Below, piece by piece: positions 1-11,425 of a stretch of 64,000 bases of DNA (position 1 is its first letter; each line of letters opens with the position of its first letter). A program made the translations under genes and the position numbers. Below the pieces are notes generated by a model, which worked only from the letters and a program-made list of their open reading frames with translations, made no database searches and was not told the DNA's origin. The stretch is from assembly GCF_056712565.1 (NCBI RefSeq), contig NZ_CM160072.1. One strand, written 5' to 3'.

Positions 1-1022
1 GCTTCTGCAGTAATCACCGCGTTGCCGCCTACCGCCAGAATATTGGTCAGTTTCGACGGCAATACGGCATCCGCCGCGCCGCGTTTTTGCACCACCAGAT
101 GGCAATCGCCCATCTTCAGCAGTGCGGGTAAAGCGTCATACGATTGCAGCGGGAAGAATTGCATGTTGCGCAGTCCACGCTGTTGCGCCATTTTTTCCAG
201 TCGCGCTTTGCCGCCGCCCTGCCCGACAATGGCAAAAATCAGCGGTTCATCACGCAGGCGTTCGGCAGCTTCAATAACGTTTTCCAGCCCCTGCTTTTCA
301 CCAATATTGCCGGAGTAAAGAATGATTTTTTTGTTATCCGGCAGGCCAAGCTGGTTACGAAGGGCATCAACATCGACATCTGCGACATGCTGAAAACGGG
401 CAATTTCTGACCAGTTGGGGAAGAAGATGACGTTTTCTGCCGCCACGCCTTTTTCGATGGCTTTATTCATCATCGAACGCGAAATCGTGGAGACGTTATC
501 GACGTTATGCAGTCCGCTACGTTCGAACGCCGTTGCCAGCTGTGCCACTTTGCCGCCTTTGCCTTTTCCGGCAAGGCCCAGCCCCAGCATGGCGTCCACT
601 TCGTAATCCTGAATATGCAGCACGGTACGCGCGCCAGAGAGTTTCGCCAGCAGGCGCATTCCCGGCGTGCAAAACAGCGTTGGCACTACGCCGATAATGC
701 GATCCGGCTTCCAGCGACGTTGCGCCATCAACGGGAAAAAACTGCTGGCGGCAAAACTGCCGAGATGCAACAGGCGTTTCAGGGTGCTCGGCTGTTTTGG
801 CACGTACAGCGGGCAGCGCCACACCGTGGCGGCCCCCTCTTCTCGTTTGTACCGCCAGGCGGAATAGTTCTCGCCCACCTGCCATTGCGGGTAGTAAGGC
901 GGTGCGGTAATAACCCGCACCTCATGACCTTGTGCCGCCAGCCATTCCACCATCTCTCCGGTGTATTTGCCGATACCGGTTAACTCCGGCGAGTAGTTAA
1001 TGCCGTAGACCAGTATTTTCAT
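1..1022 (-). CDS. wcaI: Colanic acid glycosyltransferase WcaI; the 3' end runs off the left window edge
   Basis: Hand translation from ATG at 1022 gives [47 protein letters not shown]... and stays open to position 1. It is missing from the ORF track because there is no stop in the window. ATGA overlap with the gmm stop; position after gmm fits the wca cluster. Confidence 0.85.
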   Translation of the reverse strand, partial: MKILVYGINYSPELTGIGKYTGEMVEWLAAQGHEVRVITAPPYYPQWQVGENYSAWRYKREEGAATVWRCPLYVPKQPSTLKRLLHLGSFAASSFFPLMAQRRWKPDRIIGVVPTLFCTPGMRLLAKLSGARTVLHIQDYEVDAMLGLGLAGKGKGGKVAQLATAFERSGLHNVDNVSTISRSMMNKAIEKGVAAENVIFFPNWSEIARFQHVADVDVDALRNQLGLPDNKKIILYSGNIGEKQGLENVIEAAERLRDEPLIFAIVGQGGGKARLEKMAQQRGLRNMQFFPLQSYDALPALLKMGDCHLVVQKRGAADAVLPSKLTNILAVGGNAVITAE

Positions 1023-1501
1023 AATCCGGGTACTCCGGCACGCTTCTCAGCGAGAAAATAGGCGCGGCTGTTAGCGTGAACATTGTCACTGGCGAGCAGT
1101 GCGTCCGGGGTCAGCCAGCGGTAATCGTCATGCTGCTCATCCGGCAGTAACAGATCTTCTTCAGCGACTCTGAAGCGAAAACCGAGCACCACATAGTGAG
1201 TGGTGAAATCCGTGCCGGAGAAGTTATCGTCATAAAAGTGCTGCCAGACACCGTAAAACTGGCCTACTGTTATCGGTAGACGCAGCCCCAGTTCCGCCAT
1301 CGTCAGCCGCTCAAATGCGGCTTCCAGCATTTCGTCTTTCTGCACGCGCCCTCCCGGCACAAACCAGTAACCCTGTGCCGGGCGGTTGGTTCTTTTGCCA
1401 AGCAGAAACTCGCCGCGACTGTTCTCGACAATAAAGTCGAGAGAGACAAGCGGTGTGGAGCGCACTACCGTGGCAAAGTCTTCCTGACGTAAAAACATCA
1501 T
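1019..1501 (-). CDS. gmm: GDP-mannose mannosyl hydrolase (Nudix)
   Basis: 160-aa ORF with a Nudix-like box [23 protein letters not shown]. Overlaps its neighbours and lies between fcl and wcaI. Confidence 0.9.
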   Translation of the reverse strand: MMFLRQEDFATVVRSTPLVSLDFIVENSRGEFLLGKRTNRPAQGYWFVPGGRVQKDEMLEAAFERLTMAELGLRLPITVGQFYGVWQHFYDDNFSGTDFTTHYVVLGFRFRVAEEDLLLPDEQHDDYRWLTPDALLASDNVHANSRAYFLAEKRAGVPGL

Positions 1502-2466
1502 TACCCCCGAAAGCGGTCTTGATTCTCAAGGAACCACTGGTAAGTGCTGGCAAGCCCCGCTTCCAGTGAGATTTCGTGATACCAGCCAAGCTGATGCAGG
1601 CGCGTCACATCCAGCAGTTTGCGCGGCGTACCATCCGGTTTACTGGCATCAAAAACCACCCGACCTTTGTAACCCACCACTTTGGCGATGGTTTGCGCCA
1701 GCTCGCGGATAGTGCAGTCAACGCCCGTGCCGACGTTAATGTGCGACAGCATCGGCTGGGTGTTCTCCAGCCAGACTTCGTGCGCCAGCTCCATCACATG
1801 AATGCTTGCCGCCGCCATATCATCGACATGCAGAAATTCACGCATCGGTGTACCGCTCCCCCACACCACCACGTCAGGCGCATTCTGTGCCGTCGCCTCG
1901 TGGAAGCGACGCAGCAATGCTGGGATCACATGCGAGTTACTCGGATGGAAGTTGTCGTGCGGCCCGTACAGGTTGGTCGGCATGACCGAGCGGTAATCGC
2001 GTCCGTACTGGCGGTTGTAAGATTCGCACAGTTTGATCCCGGCGATTTTGGCAATGGCATAAGGTTCGTTGGTCGGCTCCAGCGTGCCCTGCAACAACTC
2101 GCTTTCTGCCATCGGCTGTTTTGCCAGTTTCGGGTAGATGCAGGACGATCCGAGAAACAGCAGTTTGTTCACGTCGTTCTGATGCGCAGCGTGAATGATA
2201 TTGCTCTCAATCATCATGTTCTGGTAGATGAAATCCGCCGGATAGGTGTTGTTGGCAACAATGCCGCCCACTTTCGCCGCCGCCAGATAGACCTGGTCAA
2301 TACGTTCGCTGGCAAAGAAATCATGCACGGCGCGGCTGTCCAGCAGGTTCAGCTCGTCGCGGGTGCGTAATACCAGTTCCACATCACCGCGCTGTTCGAG
2401 CTGACGCCTGATGGCGGAACCAACCATCCCACGATGGCCAGCGATAAAGATTCGTTGTTTACGCAT
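1501..2466 (-). CDS. fcl: GDP-L-fucose synthase
   Basis: 321 aa. N-terminal Rossmann motif [13 protein letters not shown] epimerase/reductase layout downstream of gmd. Confidence 0.93.
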   Translation of the reverse strand: MRKQRIFIAGHRGMVGSAIRRQLEQRGDVELVLRTRDELNLLDSRAVHDFFASERIDQVYLAAAKVGGIVANNTYPADFIYQNMMIESNIIHAAHQNDVNKLLFLGSSCIYPKLAKQPMAESELLQGTLEPTNEPYAIAKIAGIKLCESYNRQYGRDYRSVMPTNLYGPHDNFHPSNSHVIPALLRRFHEATAQNAPDVVVWGSGTPMREFLHVDDMAAASIHVMELAHEVWLENTQPMLSHINVGTGVDCTIRELAQTIAKVVGYKGRVVFDASKPDGTPRKLLDVTRLHQLGWYHEISLEAGLASTYQWFLENQDRFRG

Positions 2467-2468
2467 GT

Positions 2469-3590
2469 TTATGACTCCAGCGCGATCGCCACGTCGTAGC
2501 CGTGAGATTTCAGCAGAGAGTGTTTTTTCGCCGCTTCGAGGTCATTAGCCACCATTTCAGACACCATCTCTCTGAGGGTGATTTCCGGTTTCCAGCCCAG
2601 TTTTTCGTGCGCTTTGGTCGGGTCGCCGAGCAGCGTTTCAACTTCTGCCGGGCGGAAGTAACGCGGGTCAACGGCGATAATCACATCGCCCGGTTTAACG
2701 CCCGGCGCATCATGCCCGGTGACGGAAACCACAATGCCCTTCTCTTCAACGCCCGTGCCTTCAAAGCGCAGTTTGATACCCAACTGTGCCGCCGCCATTT
2801 CTACGAACTGACGCACGGAGTACTGAACGCCGGTAGCAATTACGAAATCTTCCGGCTGTTCCTGTTGCAGCATCATCCACTGCATTTTTACGTAGTCTTT
2901 GGCATGGCCCCAGTCACGCAGGGAATCCATATTGCCGAGGTACAGGCACGACTCCAGCCCCTGGGCGATGTTGGCGATTGCGCGGGTGATTTTGCGGGTA
3001 ACGAAGGTTTCGCCGCGGCGCGGGGATTCATGGTTGAAGAGAATACCGTTACAGGCGTACATGCCGTAGGATTCGCGGTAGTTAACGGTGATCCAGTAGG
3101 CGTACAGTTTGGCGACCGCATACGGAGATCGCGGGTAGAACGGCGTGGTCTCTTTCTGCGGAATTTCCTGCACCAGACCGTACAGTTCAGAGGTGGAAGC
3201 CTGATAGAAACGGGTTTTCTTTTCCAGACCGAGGAAGCGGATCGCCTCCAGCAGGCGTAGCGTACCCATCGCATCGACGTCTGCGGTATATTCCGGTGAC
3301 TCAAAAGAAACCGCAACGTGGCTCATTGCGCCCAGGTTGTACACTTCATCCGGCTGCACTTCACGCAAAATACGCGTCAGGTTGGAGGTATCACTCAGGT
3401 CGCCATAATGCAGATGGAATTTCGGGTTGCAGGTGTGCGGATCCTGATAAATGTGATCCACGCGCTCGGTGTTGAATGACGATGCACGACGCTTAATACC
3501 ATGCACCTCGTAACCTTTTTCCAGCAGAAACTCTGCCAGGTAAGAACCGTCTTGTCCGGTTACACCGGTGATGAGAGCAACTTTTGACAT
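2469..3590 (-). CDS. gmd: GDP-mannose 4,6-dehydratase
   Basis: 373 aa beginning [31 protein letters not shown], matching remembered E. coli Gmd. Confidence 0.95.
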
Positions 3591-3616
3591 GTCTTATTCC
3601 TCTGTATTTTTTGAAT

Positions 3617-4165
3617 TTATTCAGTTTCAACGCGTTCGCGTATCACCACTGCGGGATTCCCCCGGCAAACCACATTTGCCGGAAGCGATTTAAAAACACT
3701 GCTTCGCGCACCCACGACGGTGCCGTCGCCGATCGTGACGCCAGGGGCAACAAAAACATCTGTCGCCAGCCAGCATTTCTCGCCAATCACAATAGGCGTG
3801 GCGTTAATGGTGAAATGTTGACTTGCATGGTCGTGGCTCCCGGTGCATAAATAACTTTTTTGCGATATCACCGAATGTGCGCCAATGGTTATTTCACCGA
3901 GGGTATATAAATTGACGTCATCGCCGACCCACGCGTAATCACCTAAGGTTAATTTCCACGGATAGGTAATTTTTACTGACGGACGAATAACTACGTTTTT
4001 TCCTATTTTTGCGCCGAATAAACGTAATAAAAATGCCCGCCAGCGATACAATACTTGTGGCGACCAGGCAAATATTGTTGCCTGTACTGCCCACCACAAT
4101 TGCACTTTAATAGCGTTGCCACCCCGGAACCCTTTCGGCACCGAGAATCCACTTAAATCCTGCAT
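3617..4165 (-). CDS. wcaF: Colanic acid O-acetyltransferase (hexapeptide-repeat)
   Basis: 182 aa with a left-handed beta-helix type repeat region (IGAHSVISQKSYLCTGSHD...VAPGVTIGDGTVVGARSSV). Cluster position. Confidence 0.88.
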   Translation of the reverse strand: MQDLSGFSVPKGFRGGNAIKVQLWWAVQATIFAWSPQVLYRWRAFLLRLFGAKIGKNVVIRPSVKITYPWKLTLGDYAWVGDDVNLYTLGEITIGAHSVISQKSYLCTGSHDHASQHFTINATPIVIGEKCWLATDVFVAPGVTIGDGTVVGARSSVFKSLPANVVCRGNPAVVIRERVETE

Positions 4166-4180
4166 CGTTTTCCCTTATAT

Positions 4181-4936
4181 TCAGCTTTTGTTATATAAGG
4201 CTTTCGTCTTTGAGGTAGTACGTTGGCGTAAATGCCAGGATAATTCAGCCCAAAAGCCAGGCACGTGCAATATCTGCCGTTGGACTTTTTTGGCGTCAGC
4301 ACACAATTCCATATTATTGGTGGTAGATACCCCACCCATGGAAAATTCAGACACCAGACCATTGAGTTTTTTAAATGCATAACCGGCTTTATACATTTTG
4401 GCCGCCAGCGCGTAGTCGGACGAAACTTTATATTCCAGGTCATAACGCCATTTTTTCAAGCCGGATACCGGGAAAAATATCGCCTGATGACTGGCGGGCA
4501 GGCTGTGATAAATATACCAGCCCGGTTTGGCGCTACGTTTAATTTTATGCCCGTCGCCAAAATCCAGCAGCGCATCGCCAGTGATCATCACGTTATCTTT
4601 TTGTACTTTTAACTTACGGACAAAATTTGCGGCATCCTGATGAAAAATATCACCTGAGTTGAGAAACAACGCGAACTTGCCTTGTGCCATCGCAATGCCT
4701 TTGTTCATGGCGTCGTAGATACCGTTATCTGGCTCGCTGACAAAGCGTAGGTTATAGATACCCTTGAGATTTTCCAGGTACTCACAGGTGCCGTCATTGG
4801 AACCGCCATCGACAACAATCCATTCGAAGCTGATATCGTCCGCCTGCGCCAGATGCGCCAGATGCGCCAGCGAGGCGTGTGTTTTGACTATCCCTGCGAG
4901 GTTACGAAACGCGACAGTGATTATGCTAAGCAACAT
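4181..4936 (-). CDS. wcaE: Colanic acid family-2 glycosyltransferase
   Basis: 251 aa starting [12 protein letters not shown], with DGGSNDGT and a DxD-type GT-A fold. Contains an in-frame 9-bp tandem duplication (see findings). Confidence 0.88.
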   Translation of the reverse strand: MLLSIITVAFRNLAGIVKTHASLAHLAHLAQADDISFEWIVVDGGSNDGTCEYLENLKGIYNLRFVSEPDNGIYDAMNKGIAMAQGKFALFLNSGDIFHQDAANFVRKLKVQKDNVMITGDALLDFGDGHKIKRSAKPGWYIYHSLPASHQAIFFPVSGLKKWRYDLEYKVSSDYALAAKMYKAGYAFKKLNGLVSEFSMGGVSTTNNMELCADAKKVQRQILHVPGFWAELSWHLRQRTTSKTKALYNKS

Positions 4937-4946
4937 GTTCTTATTC

Positions 4947-6164
4947 TTACCTCGTAATATTTAACGCTTTTCGCAAAATAAACGGACAGACGATTAAAAA
5001 TGCATATTCCGGGCTAAATATCGAACCGGTAAAAAACAGCGATACCGGAGTAAAAAGATATAATTGCACGCGAAAATTGCGGTTATCACCAAAAGCGTTG
5101 ATCATCATTTTTATCACTTTCCCCATGTACCACAGCGATAAAAACACTGCGAACCAGGAAAAATAAATAATCAGCAGATACAAACCATTGTCTATGGTTT
5201 TTCCGACATCCGCACCGTTAAATATTCCGAATGATGCGACATATTCATAAAGTGAGCCAAATCTGACTACACCGTCAATATGGGTCAAAGAATAACCGAC
5301 CATCACCAGCGGACCGACAATACGATAATACGATGACGATCCTTCCGTGCCTAAATCACCCAGACGGGTGGAAATATAAGGAAATGCAATTACCACACCA
5401 ACCAGGAATACAGCCAGAGAAATCAATGCTAACGGTAACTTTTTCTTAATCGCCTCTTTATTCAGATATTGAAATGCCCACTCCAGCAAATAAAACAGGA
5501 TAAAGGTCATAACCCCTGAAAACGATCCGGATAATATTATCCCTGCGAGAATCATAGCATCGGTTTTAGGCGTTTTGATACCAAACTGTTTGATGCTGAG
5601 CCAAATTGAGATTAATGCCAGAGCGAAAAATGCCGGTTCGAAATAAAGTGCTGTCGTGCGCTTGCCGCCGAATTTGATGAAATTCAGCACATAGCTGTTG
5701 CTGTAAATCAGATATTTCGAAATCGATTCCATAATACTGCTGCCGCCGGTGAGGATAATTTGCGCCATCTCCACCGCCGCCAGCGCCACCACCAACCCGA
5801 CCACCAGATAAAAAAAGCGTAATATCTTGCGGTGGTTGTGGGGCGAAATCGTTTTAAAGCGAATACTCCACACCATGCCAATAATGATCACAATATAGAC
5901 AAACAGCATGGTTGAAGTGACGTATTTACTGGCATCCAACGACTGACCAAACAGGTAGTTAAACGCCGTGAGTCCCGCGCCAATCCCCAGGGCAATCATT
6001 AATTTTTTAACGCTGATGCGCTCTAAAAACAGCAGTAACAAGACAGGTAAAAAAGTGACGATGGTGATGGGGAAACTTTCACCAAGCTGGGCGATTTTGA
6101 CGTTAACCAGCAGGTAGATCAGCGGCAGCAGCAGGTAGCTACAGATTCTGATAGAAGTTGACAT
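4947..6164 (-). CDS. wcaD: Colanic acid polymerase (multi-pass membrane protein)
   Basis: The track ORF is 429 aa. I place the start at internal Met25 ([19 protein letters not shown]), giving 405 aa as remembered for WcaD. Highly hydrophobic. Confidence 0.85.
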   Translation of the reverse strand: MSTSIRICSYLLLPLIYLLVNVKIAQLGESFPITIVTFLPVLLLLFLERISVKKLMIALGIGAGLTAFNYLFGQSLDASKYVTSTMLFVYIVIIIGMVWSIRFKTISPHNHRKILRFFYLVVGLVVALAAVEMAQIILTGGSSIMESISKYLIYSNSYVLNFIKFGGKRTTALYFEPAFFALALISIWLSIKQFGIKTPKTDAMILAGIILSGSFSGVMTFILFYLLEWAFQYLNKEAIKKKLPLALISLAVFLVGVVIAFPYISTRLGDLGTEGSSSYYRIVGPLVMVGYSLTHIDGVVRFGSLYEYVASFGIFNGADVGKTIDNGLYLLIIYFSWFAVFLSLWYMGKVIKMMINAFGDNRNFRVQLYLFTPVSLFFTGSIFSPEYAFLIVCPFILRKALNITR

Positions 6165-7356
6165 ACTCCTCCAGCATCTGTTGTCCACTGTAGGCGGCAC
6201 GGCTGCGCTGGCTGAACTCAGCCAGCGTGGTACCAAATACCGCCTGCGCGATTTCCGGTTTGCTTAACTGGACCAGTTGCAGCACGTCTTCTTCACTGAC
6301 GGTTTTACCGCCGGATTTTTGCAGCACTTCCCGCGCCGCGTCGCTATGGGTGGCAATCACCGGCACGCCAATCGATAGCGCCTCACACAAAATTAGCGGG
6401 TAGTTATCGACGCGAGAACTGAATACCAGCGCATCCATCTGATTGAGCGCGCTCATCAACTTGCGCTTGTCAGTTTCAAAGCCGTGATTAACCACGTTGC
6501 CAGCGGTGAACGGCGAGAACTTACCAAAGGTATGCAGTTCGATTTTGTCGCCCAGCGCCATCATCTCGCGTACCAGTTGCTGGTTAGTTTTGCCGTCGTA
6601 ACGCAGGTCATGCGCTACCACCGCGATTTTCGGCTTGCCCTGAGTTTCGCGCACCGGAGGCAAGTCCGCCAGAATCGCTTCGGTTGCCATATCAATGCCA
6701 TTATTGATAATCCGGCAACGCCCTGGACCGTACAGACTATTGAAAGCATCAGCCACATGCTGGCTGGGGGAAATAAACTGACAGCCCAGCGCCAGCATCT
6801 CACGGAATAACTGGCGTTTGCCCGCCACCAGCTGGTGTGCGCGATCAATCTTCACCGGCGGATAATTATTTAAGGTCGGGCATTTCTGGCAGCCCGTTTT
6901 CCAGCCTTCGCAACCGTCGGTAAAGGCGCAGCGTCCGGTAACGCTCCAGTGATCGTGCAGCGTCCAGACCAGAGTGACATCCGGTTTGTGGTTTTTCACC
7001 TTTTCGCAAAAGCGCACCACGCTCTTAAGATTTAGCCAGTAGCTGTGCAGCACATGAAAATGCAGAACCACCGGGCCCGGTGTGCGAGTAATGGTGCGAT
7101 ATAACTCATTGAAATTGCCAAACAGATCGCGATTAAACAGACGAAACAGGGCAATGTTCGCCATCGCGGTCATCTGCGGCGTATGTTTGATGACCTGCGG
7201 ATAGTTTTGATTGCTGACGCTCTCTTTGCCGCCTTTGCCGTAGCCGTAGACAAAATGTGACGCCAGCCCCTGTTGCAGCGCACGCTGGTGGAGATCTAAC
7301 GCCACACCTGCCGCCCCGCCTTCCGCCAGTCGCACATTAAATTGCAAAATATTCAT
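6139..7356 (-). CDS. wcaC: Colanic acid glycosyltransferase (GT4-like)
   Basis: 405 aa starting MNILQFNVRLAEGGAAGVALDLHQ. Cluster position. Confidence 0.88.
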   Translation of the reverse strand: MNILQFNVRLAEGGAAGVALDLHQRALQQGLASHFVYGYGKGGKESVSNQNYPQVIKHTPQMTAMANIALFRLFNRDLFGNFNELYRTITRTPGPVVLHFHVLHSYWLNLKSVVRFCEKVKNHKPDVTLVWTLHDHWSVTGRCAFTDGCEGWKTGCQKCPTLNNYPPVKIDRAHQLVAGKRQLFREMLALGCQFISPSQHVADAFNSLYGPGRCRIINNGIDMATEAILADLPPVRETQGKPKIAVVAHDLRYDGKTNQQLVREMMALGDKIELHTFGKFSPFTAGNVVNHGFETDKRKLMSALNQMDALVFSSRVDNYPLILCEALSIGVPVIATHSDAAREVLQKSGGKTVSEEDVLQLVQLSKPEIAQAVFGTTLAEFSQRSRAAYSGQQMLEEYVNFYQNL

Positions 7357-7841
7357 TTAATTACCTTCACTCGCGCTTTTTCTCCCACCACCAGCGCGTT
7401 GTCCGGGACAGAGTCGAGCACCACGCTGCCCGCGCCCACGGTGACGTTGTTACCAATCGTGATATCACCAAGAATAATGACGTTGGCACCGAGTTCGACA
7501 CCGTTACCAATGTGTGGACATGCCATGTTATCGGCCCCCCGATTGCCGATAGTGACGCCGTGGCGAATGGTGAAATCATCCCCCGCTACCACGTTTTTAT
7601 TGATCACTACGGCGTAACCGTGATGGATAGTGAAACGGCGGCCAATGGTCGCAGCGGCCTGGATTTCATAACCGAAAAAGCCTTCGGTGATAATGCGATA
7701 CAGCACCAGCAGCGGAGCCGCCCACAGATTGTTGAGAACGTTCTTTTTGCGCCACACTGAACAAAAATGGGCGACGCGATAGGCAAGCACCATGCAGCAC
7801 GGGCGTAAACTCCAGCTGTTGGCGCGCAGATCTTCCAGCAT
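7353..7841 (-). CDS. wcaB: Colanic acid acetyltransferase (serine acetyltransferase-like hexapeptide)
   Basis: 162 aa with hexapeptide repeats (GVTIGNRGADNMACPHIGNGVELGANVIILGDITIGNNVTVGAGSVV). ATGA overlap with wcaC. Confidence 0.88.
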   Translation of the reverse strand: MLEDLRANSWSLRPCCMVLAYRVAHFCSVWRKKNVLNNLWAAPLLVLYRIITEGFFGYEIQAAATIGRRFTIHHGYAVVINKNVVAGDDFTIRHGVTIGNRGADNMACPHIGNGVELGANVIILGDITIGNNVTVGAGSVVLDSVPDNALVVGEKARVKVIK

Positions 7842-7843
7842 CC

Positions 7844-8683
7844 TTAACGCCCCCGTATTCCTTCAGCCAGACGTTTGCCGTTACGCACCGATAGCAGCGT
7901 CAACAACGTCCGCCAGGTCATGCGTTTATTGCGGATCTGGTAGAGGGTAAACAGCTGATATTTTTTGCTGGCACGGTCGAATTTGTCTTTGTGCTTGCGG
8001 TAAAAGTGGAAGTATCCGGAGAATTTTTTCGGTGACGAGGTGATCTGCATTTCACCGTGATTGATATGCAGGATCTGCGTCGCCTCTTCCACTTTCCACG
8101 GTTCGCCGTACTCCACCACCATCCGCAGGAAAATGTCGTAATCCTGTGCCGCTTTCAGTTCGGTATCGAACAAACACTCTTTGAAACGCCACGCCCAGGT
8201 AAAGACCTGATTGCCAATGATATTGCGTTTGTAGAACAGGCGGCGTGAATACGGCGATTTGGGATACAGCGGCAAACTTGCCGGTTGGGAATAGACTTCG
8301 CCCTGGCAAACGTAGTCGTTAGCGTACAAAAAGGCGTGTGTGACCAGTTGCTGTTTATGGGCGAGGAAGACGCTCAGGCGGTTGGGTGTCCATTCATCAT
8401 CATCATCGATCCCGGTGATGTATTCCCCTTGCGCCAGCATAATCGCCTGGTTACGTACCGCGCACGCCCCGCTGTTAATGTCGTTGTGAATGTAGGTAAT
8501 ACGCGGGTCGTTGAGGGCTGTAACGTACTGTTGCAGCTGTTCCCAGGAGGTGGAGCAATCATCCACGATGATCATCTCCCAGTTACTGTAGTCCTGGCGC
8601 AGGACCGATTTTATCGCCCGAATCGCCAGTTGTTGGCGGTTCCAGGTCGGCATATAGATTGAGATCAGCGGATTGTCTTTCAT
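7844..8683 (-). CDS. wcaA: Colanic acid family-2 glycosyltransferase
   Basis: 279 aa containing ISIYMPTWNRQQLAIRAIKSVLRQDY...IVDDCS. Cluster position. Confidence 0.88.
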   Translation of the reverse strand: MKDNPLISIYMPTWNRQQLAIRAIKSVLRQDYSNWEMIIVDDCSTSWEQLQQYVTALNDPRITYIHNDINSGACAVRNQAIMLAQGEYITGIDDDDEWTPNRLSVFLAHKQQLVTHAFLYANDYVCQGEVYSQPASLPLYPKSPYSRRLFYKRNIIGNQVFTWAWRFKECLFDTELKAAQDYDIFLRMVVEYGEPWKVEEATQILHINHGEMQITSSPKKFSGYFHFYRKHKDKFDRASKKYQLFTLYQIRNKRMTWRTLLTLLSVRNGKRLAEGIRGR

Positions 8684-8743
8684 AGGTTGTTCTCCCGGAG
8701 TGTCGAGATGTTCTGCCGGTTTATAAGCTTGTTTACGGCTTCT

Positions 8744-8803
8744 GTTGCCGGATGCGGCGCGAACGGAGGTCGGATAAGATGCGTCAGCATCGCATCCGAC
8801 AGC
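8744..8803. repeat. REP/BIME-type extragenic palindromes between wcaA and wzc
   Basis: GCCGGATGCGGCG... and ...GTCGGATAAGATGCGTCAGCATCGCATCCGAC are typical E. coli REP consensus hairpins. Confidence 0.75.
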
Positions 8804-8811
8804 GGATCTCG

Positions 8812-10974
8812 TTATTTCGCGTCCGACTTATATTCGTATTCGTAATAGCCATAATCCTGATACGCGCTGGCGCGGCGGAAGATGGAGTTCAGAATCACCC
8901 CTTTCACCGGAATACCGTTTTGCTCAAAGCGGCTCAGACTGGTTTCCACTTCTTTCAATGTGTTGACCGCATAACGCGCCACCATTAACGTGGTTCCGAC
9001 ATGACGACCAACAATTGCGGCATCGGTCACTGCCAGAATCGGCGGCGTATCAATCAACACCAGGTCGTAGTTTTTACTCGCCCAGTTCACCAGTTCGGCA
9101 AAGCGTTCGCTCATCAACAGTTCAGAAGGATTTGGCGGTACCTGACCGCGCGGGATCAGGTCAAATTTGGCAATAGAGGTCGGTTTAGCCGCGGTAGTAA
9201 TATCGCCCTGACCAATCAGAATTTCCGACAGGCCATTAACGTTATTGGTGCCCAACAGCTCGTGGGTATAACCTTTGCGCATATCGCAGTCGATCAACAA
9301 CACCCGTTTATTGGTCTGACTGATCACCGCCGCCAGGTTGGCGCAGACAAAGGTTTTACCGATTGACGGGCTAACCCCGGTCATCATCAACACATTGTTC
9401 TGCGCCTGCATCATCGCGAAGTGCAGACTGGTACGCAGACTGCGGATGGCTTCAATCGCCAGATCGGTTGGATTCCCCACCGCCAGTAGCTGGCTCTGTT
9501 TATAGCGTTTAATCCCTTTGATGGTTTTGACGCTATCGCGCGCTTTCTGCCATTCCGACAACGGGATGCTGGCATAGACGCTGATACCGTGTTCTTCCAG
9601 CACCTGCGGGCTTTCGATGCCACGATTAAACAACGAGCGCAGCAGTACACCCACGATAGAGAGCATCAGGCCAAGGATAATCGCGCCGAGGATAATCAGC
9701 CCTTTCTTCGGTTTCAGTACACCTGGCTGGGTGATTGCCGGGTCAACAATGCGCACATCGCCGACGGTGCTGGCTTCGGTGATTTTCAGCTCCTGCTCTT
9801 TATTCAGCAGCTGCATATAGACCTGCTGACCAGACTCGACATCGCGGGTCAGACGGACAATCTCCTGCTGGGTTTTCGGCATCGCCGTTACGCGACCATT
9901 AAGTTTGGCTTTTTCGTCTTCCAGCGCCTGCCGTTTCTCCAGCAGCGTGCGATACGCCGGGTGAACTTTGGTGTACAGCTTGGAGATTTCCGCTTCTTTA
10001 AAGGTCAGTTCGTTCAATTGTGCGTCGATGTTCACCATCGAATCGAGCACCGCTTTCGCTTCCAGCGGCAGATCAACAGAATCTTTATCCTGACGGAAGG
10101 CATTCAATTTATTTTCGGCAACATCAAGGCGGCTACGTACTTCCGGTAACTGTTGCGCGAGGAAGGCGAGGCTTTTCGACGCTTCCGCGGATTTGCGCTC
10201 AATATTTTGTTCCTGATAGTTACGGGCGATGCTGTTAAGAATGTCGCGGATCTGTTCGCGATCTTCACCGGTATAAGTCAGGCTCAGTACGCCTGCGTCT
10301 TTGCCGTTCTCCGTTACCGTCAGGCTGTTTTGCAGTTGATTGATCATCCCCAGCGTGGAGTATTTGGTGACGGTAAACTCACTGCCCGGGCGGGCGTGAA
10401 TGGCTTCAACCATCAGCGTGACGCCTTCTTTTTTCAGCATCTGGCCCGCTTGCCCACGGGCGCTAAAGCCGCCATCGCTGCTCAGAGTGTAGTTTTTATC
10501 GTCCAGCACATTAAGCGTAAACACCTGATCCGCCATCTCTTTCGGGCGGTTAAAGGTGGTCACTTTTACCGTCTCGTTCTGGCGTCCCATCAGGCGATCC
10601 CAGCCCGCACCGAAAATCGGGAACGTGTTTTTGCTCACTGCAATATCGAGGTCGAGATCGTCCACCGTTTTACCAAGCACCAGACGCGAACGAATCAACT
10701 GGATCTCGGCGTCCGATGCTGGCGGTTTGTTGGCTAATGCCGAACCAATGTCCTGCACTAACGAATTGCCGCTGTTTTGCTCGATTTGTACCAGTGCGTC
10801 GGCACTATAAATCGGCGTGGCGAAGAAGGTGTAAACCACGGCACAGAGGGCAAATACGGCGGTGATGCCAATTACCCACCAGCGCGCTTCAATGACGGTG
10901 CCGACCAGGCGACCAATATCGATTTCATCACTGCCCGTTACCGGAGCGGCATGTTGTTTTACTTTTTCTGTCAT
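8812..10974 (-). CDS. wzc: Tyrosine autokinase / polysaccharide co-polymerase
   Basis: Start chosen at MTEKVKQHAAPVTG, giving 720 aa. Walker A GVSPSIGKT. C-terminal Tyr cluster YQDYGYYEYEYKSD. Confidence 0.93.
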   Translation of the reverse strand: MTEKVKQHAAPVTGSDEIDIGRLVGTVIEARWWVIGITAVFALCAVVYTFFATPIYSADALVQIEQNSGNSLVQDIGSALANKPPASDAEIQLIRSRLVLGKTVDDLDLDIAVSKNTFPIFGAGWDRLMGRQNETVKVTTFNRPKEMADQVFTLNVLDDKNYTLSSDGGFSARGQAGQMLKKEGVTLMVEAIHARPGSEFTVTKYSTLGMINQLQNSLTVTENGKDAGVLSLTYTGEDREQIRDILNSIARNYQEQNIERKSAEASKSLAFLAQQLPEVRSRLDVAENKLNAFRQDKDSVDLPLEAKAVLDSMVNIDAQLNELTFKEAEISKLYTKVHPAYRTLLEKRQALEDEKAKLNGRVTAMPKTQQEIVRLTRDVESGQQVYMQLLNKEQELKITEASTVGDVRIVDPAITQPGVLKPKKGLIILGAIILGLMLSIVGVLLRSLFNRGIESPQVLEEHGISVYASIPLSEWQKARDSVKTIKGIKRYKQSQLLAVGNPTDLAIEAIRSLRTSLHFAMMQAQNNVLMMTGVSPSIGKTFVCANLAAVISQTNKRVLLIDCDMRKGYTHELLGTNNVNGLSEILIGQGDITTAAKPTSIAKFDLIPRGQVPPNPSELLMSERFAELVNWASKNYDLVLIDTPPILAVTDAAIVGRHVGTTLMVARYAVNTLKEVETSLSRFEQNGIPVKGVILNSIFRRASAYQDYGYYEYEYKSDAK

Positions 10975-10976
10975 TC

Positions 10977-11420
10977 TTATACCTGCTCTGCGTTCAATGC
11001 CTGCGCCCACTGGCGGGCAGACCGTTCAAGTAATGTGTACACCGCTGCAAACGTTTCCCGGCTTTTGCGATACGGATCGGGGATTTCACATTCGTTATCC
11101 CAGTGACCAAACAGCATCACTTTGCCGCGCATCTCGGGTGCCATCTCGCATAAGCGTTCGATATGGCGATTTTCCATGGTCAAAATCAGGTCGTAGTTGC
11201 GACACAGACGGCGGCTGATTTGCCGTGCACAGTGACCTTCCAGAGACAGTTGATGTTCTGCGGCGACGCTGATAGCAGTAGGGTCAGCGCCCTTACCGAC
11301 CAGCGCGCCGAGTCCAGCGGACTCCACTTTCAGCTCCGGGTGATAACGTTGCAGTAAGCGTTCCGCCGTCGGGGAGCGGCAAATATTGCCGACACAGACA
11401 ACTAAGATGTTGTTAAACAT
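10977..11420 (-). CDS. wzb: Low-molecular-weight phosphotyrosine phosphatase
   Basis: 147 aa with the CVGNICRS P-loop (C-X5-R-S). Confidence 0.93.
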   Translation of the reverse strand: MFNNILVVCVGNICRSPTAERLLQRYHPELKVESAGLGALVGKGADPTAISVAAEHQLSLEGHCARQISRRLCRNYDLILTMENRHIERLCEMAPEMRGKVMLFGHWDNECEIPDPYRKSRETFAAVYTLLERSARQWAQALNAEQV

Positions 11421-11425
11421 GACGA

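Noticed and set aside
1576-2370. A long plus-strand ORF (264 aa) antisense to fcl. Similar long antisense ORFs lie at 2502-3260 (opposite gmd), 9589-10737 (wzc), 46324-47103 (yegQ), 49760-50917 (T) and 61291-62335 (I/J).
   Set aside because: Each lies entirely inside a well-supported conserved gene on the other strand. Their translations are Arg/His/Gln-rich and low in complexity, which is typical of shadow frames. None has a convincing SD. I treat them as artefacts.
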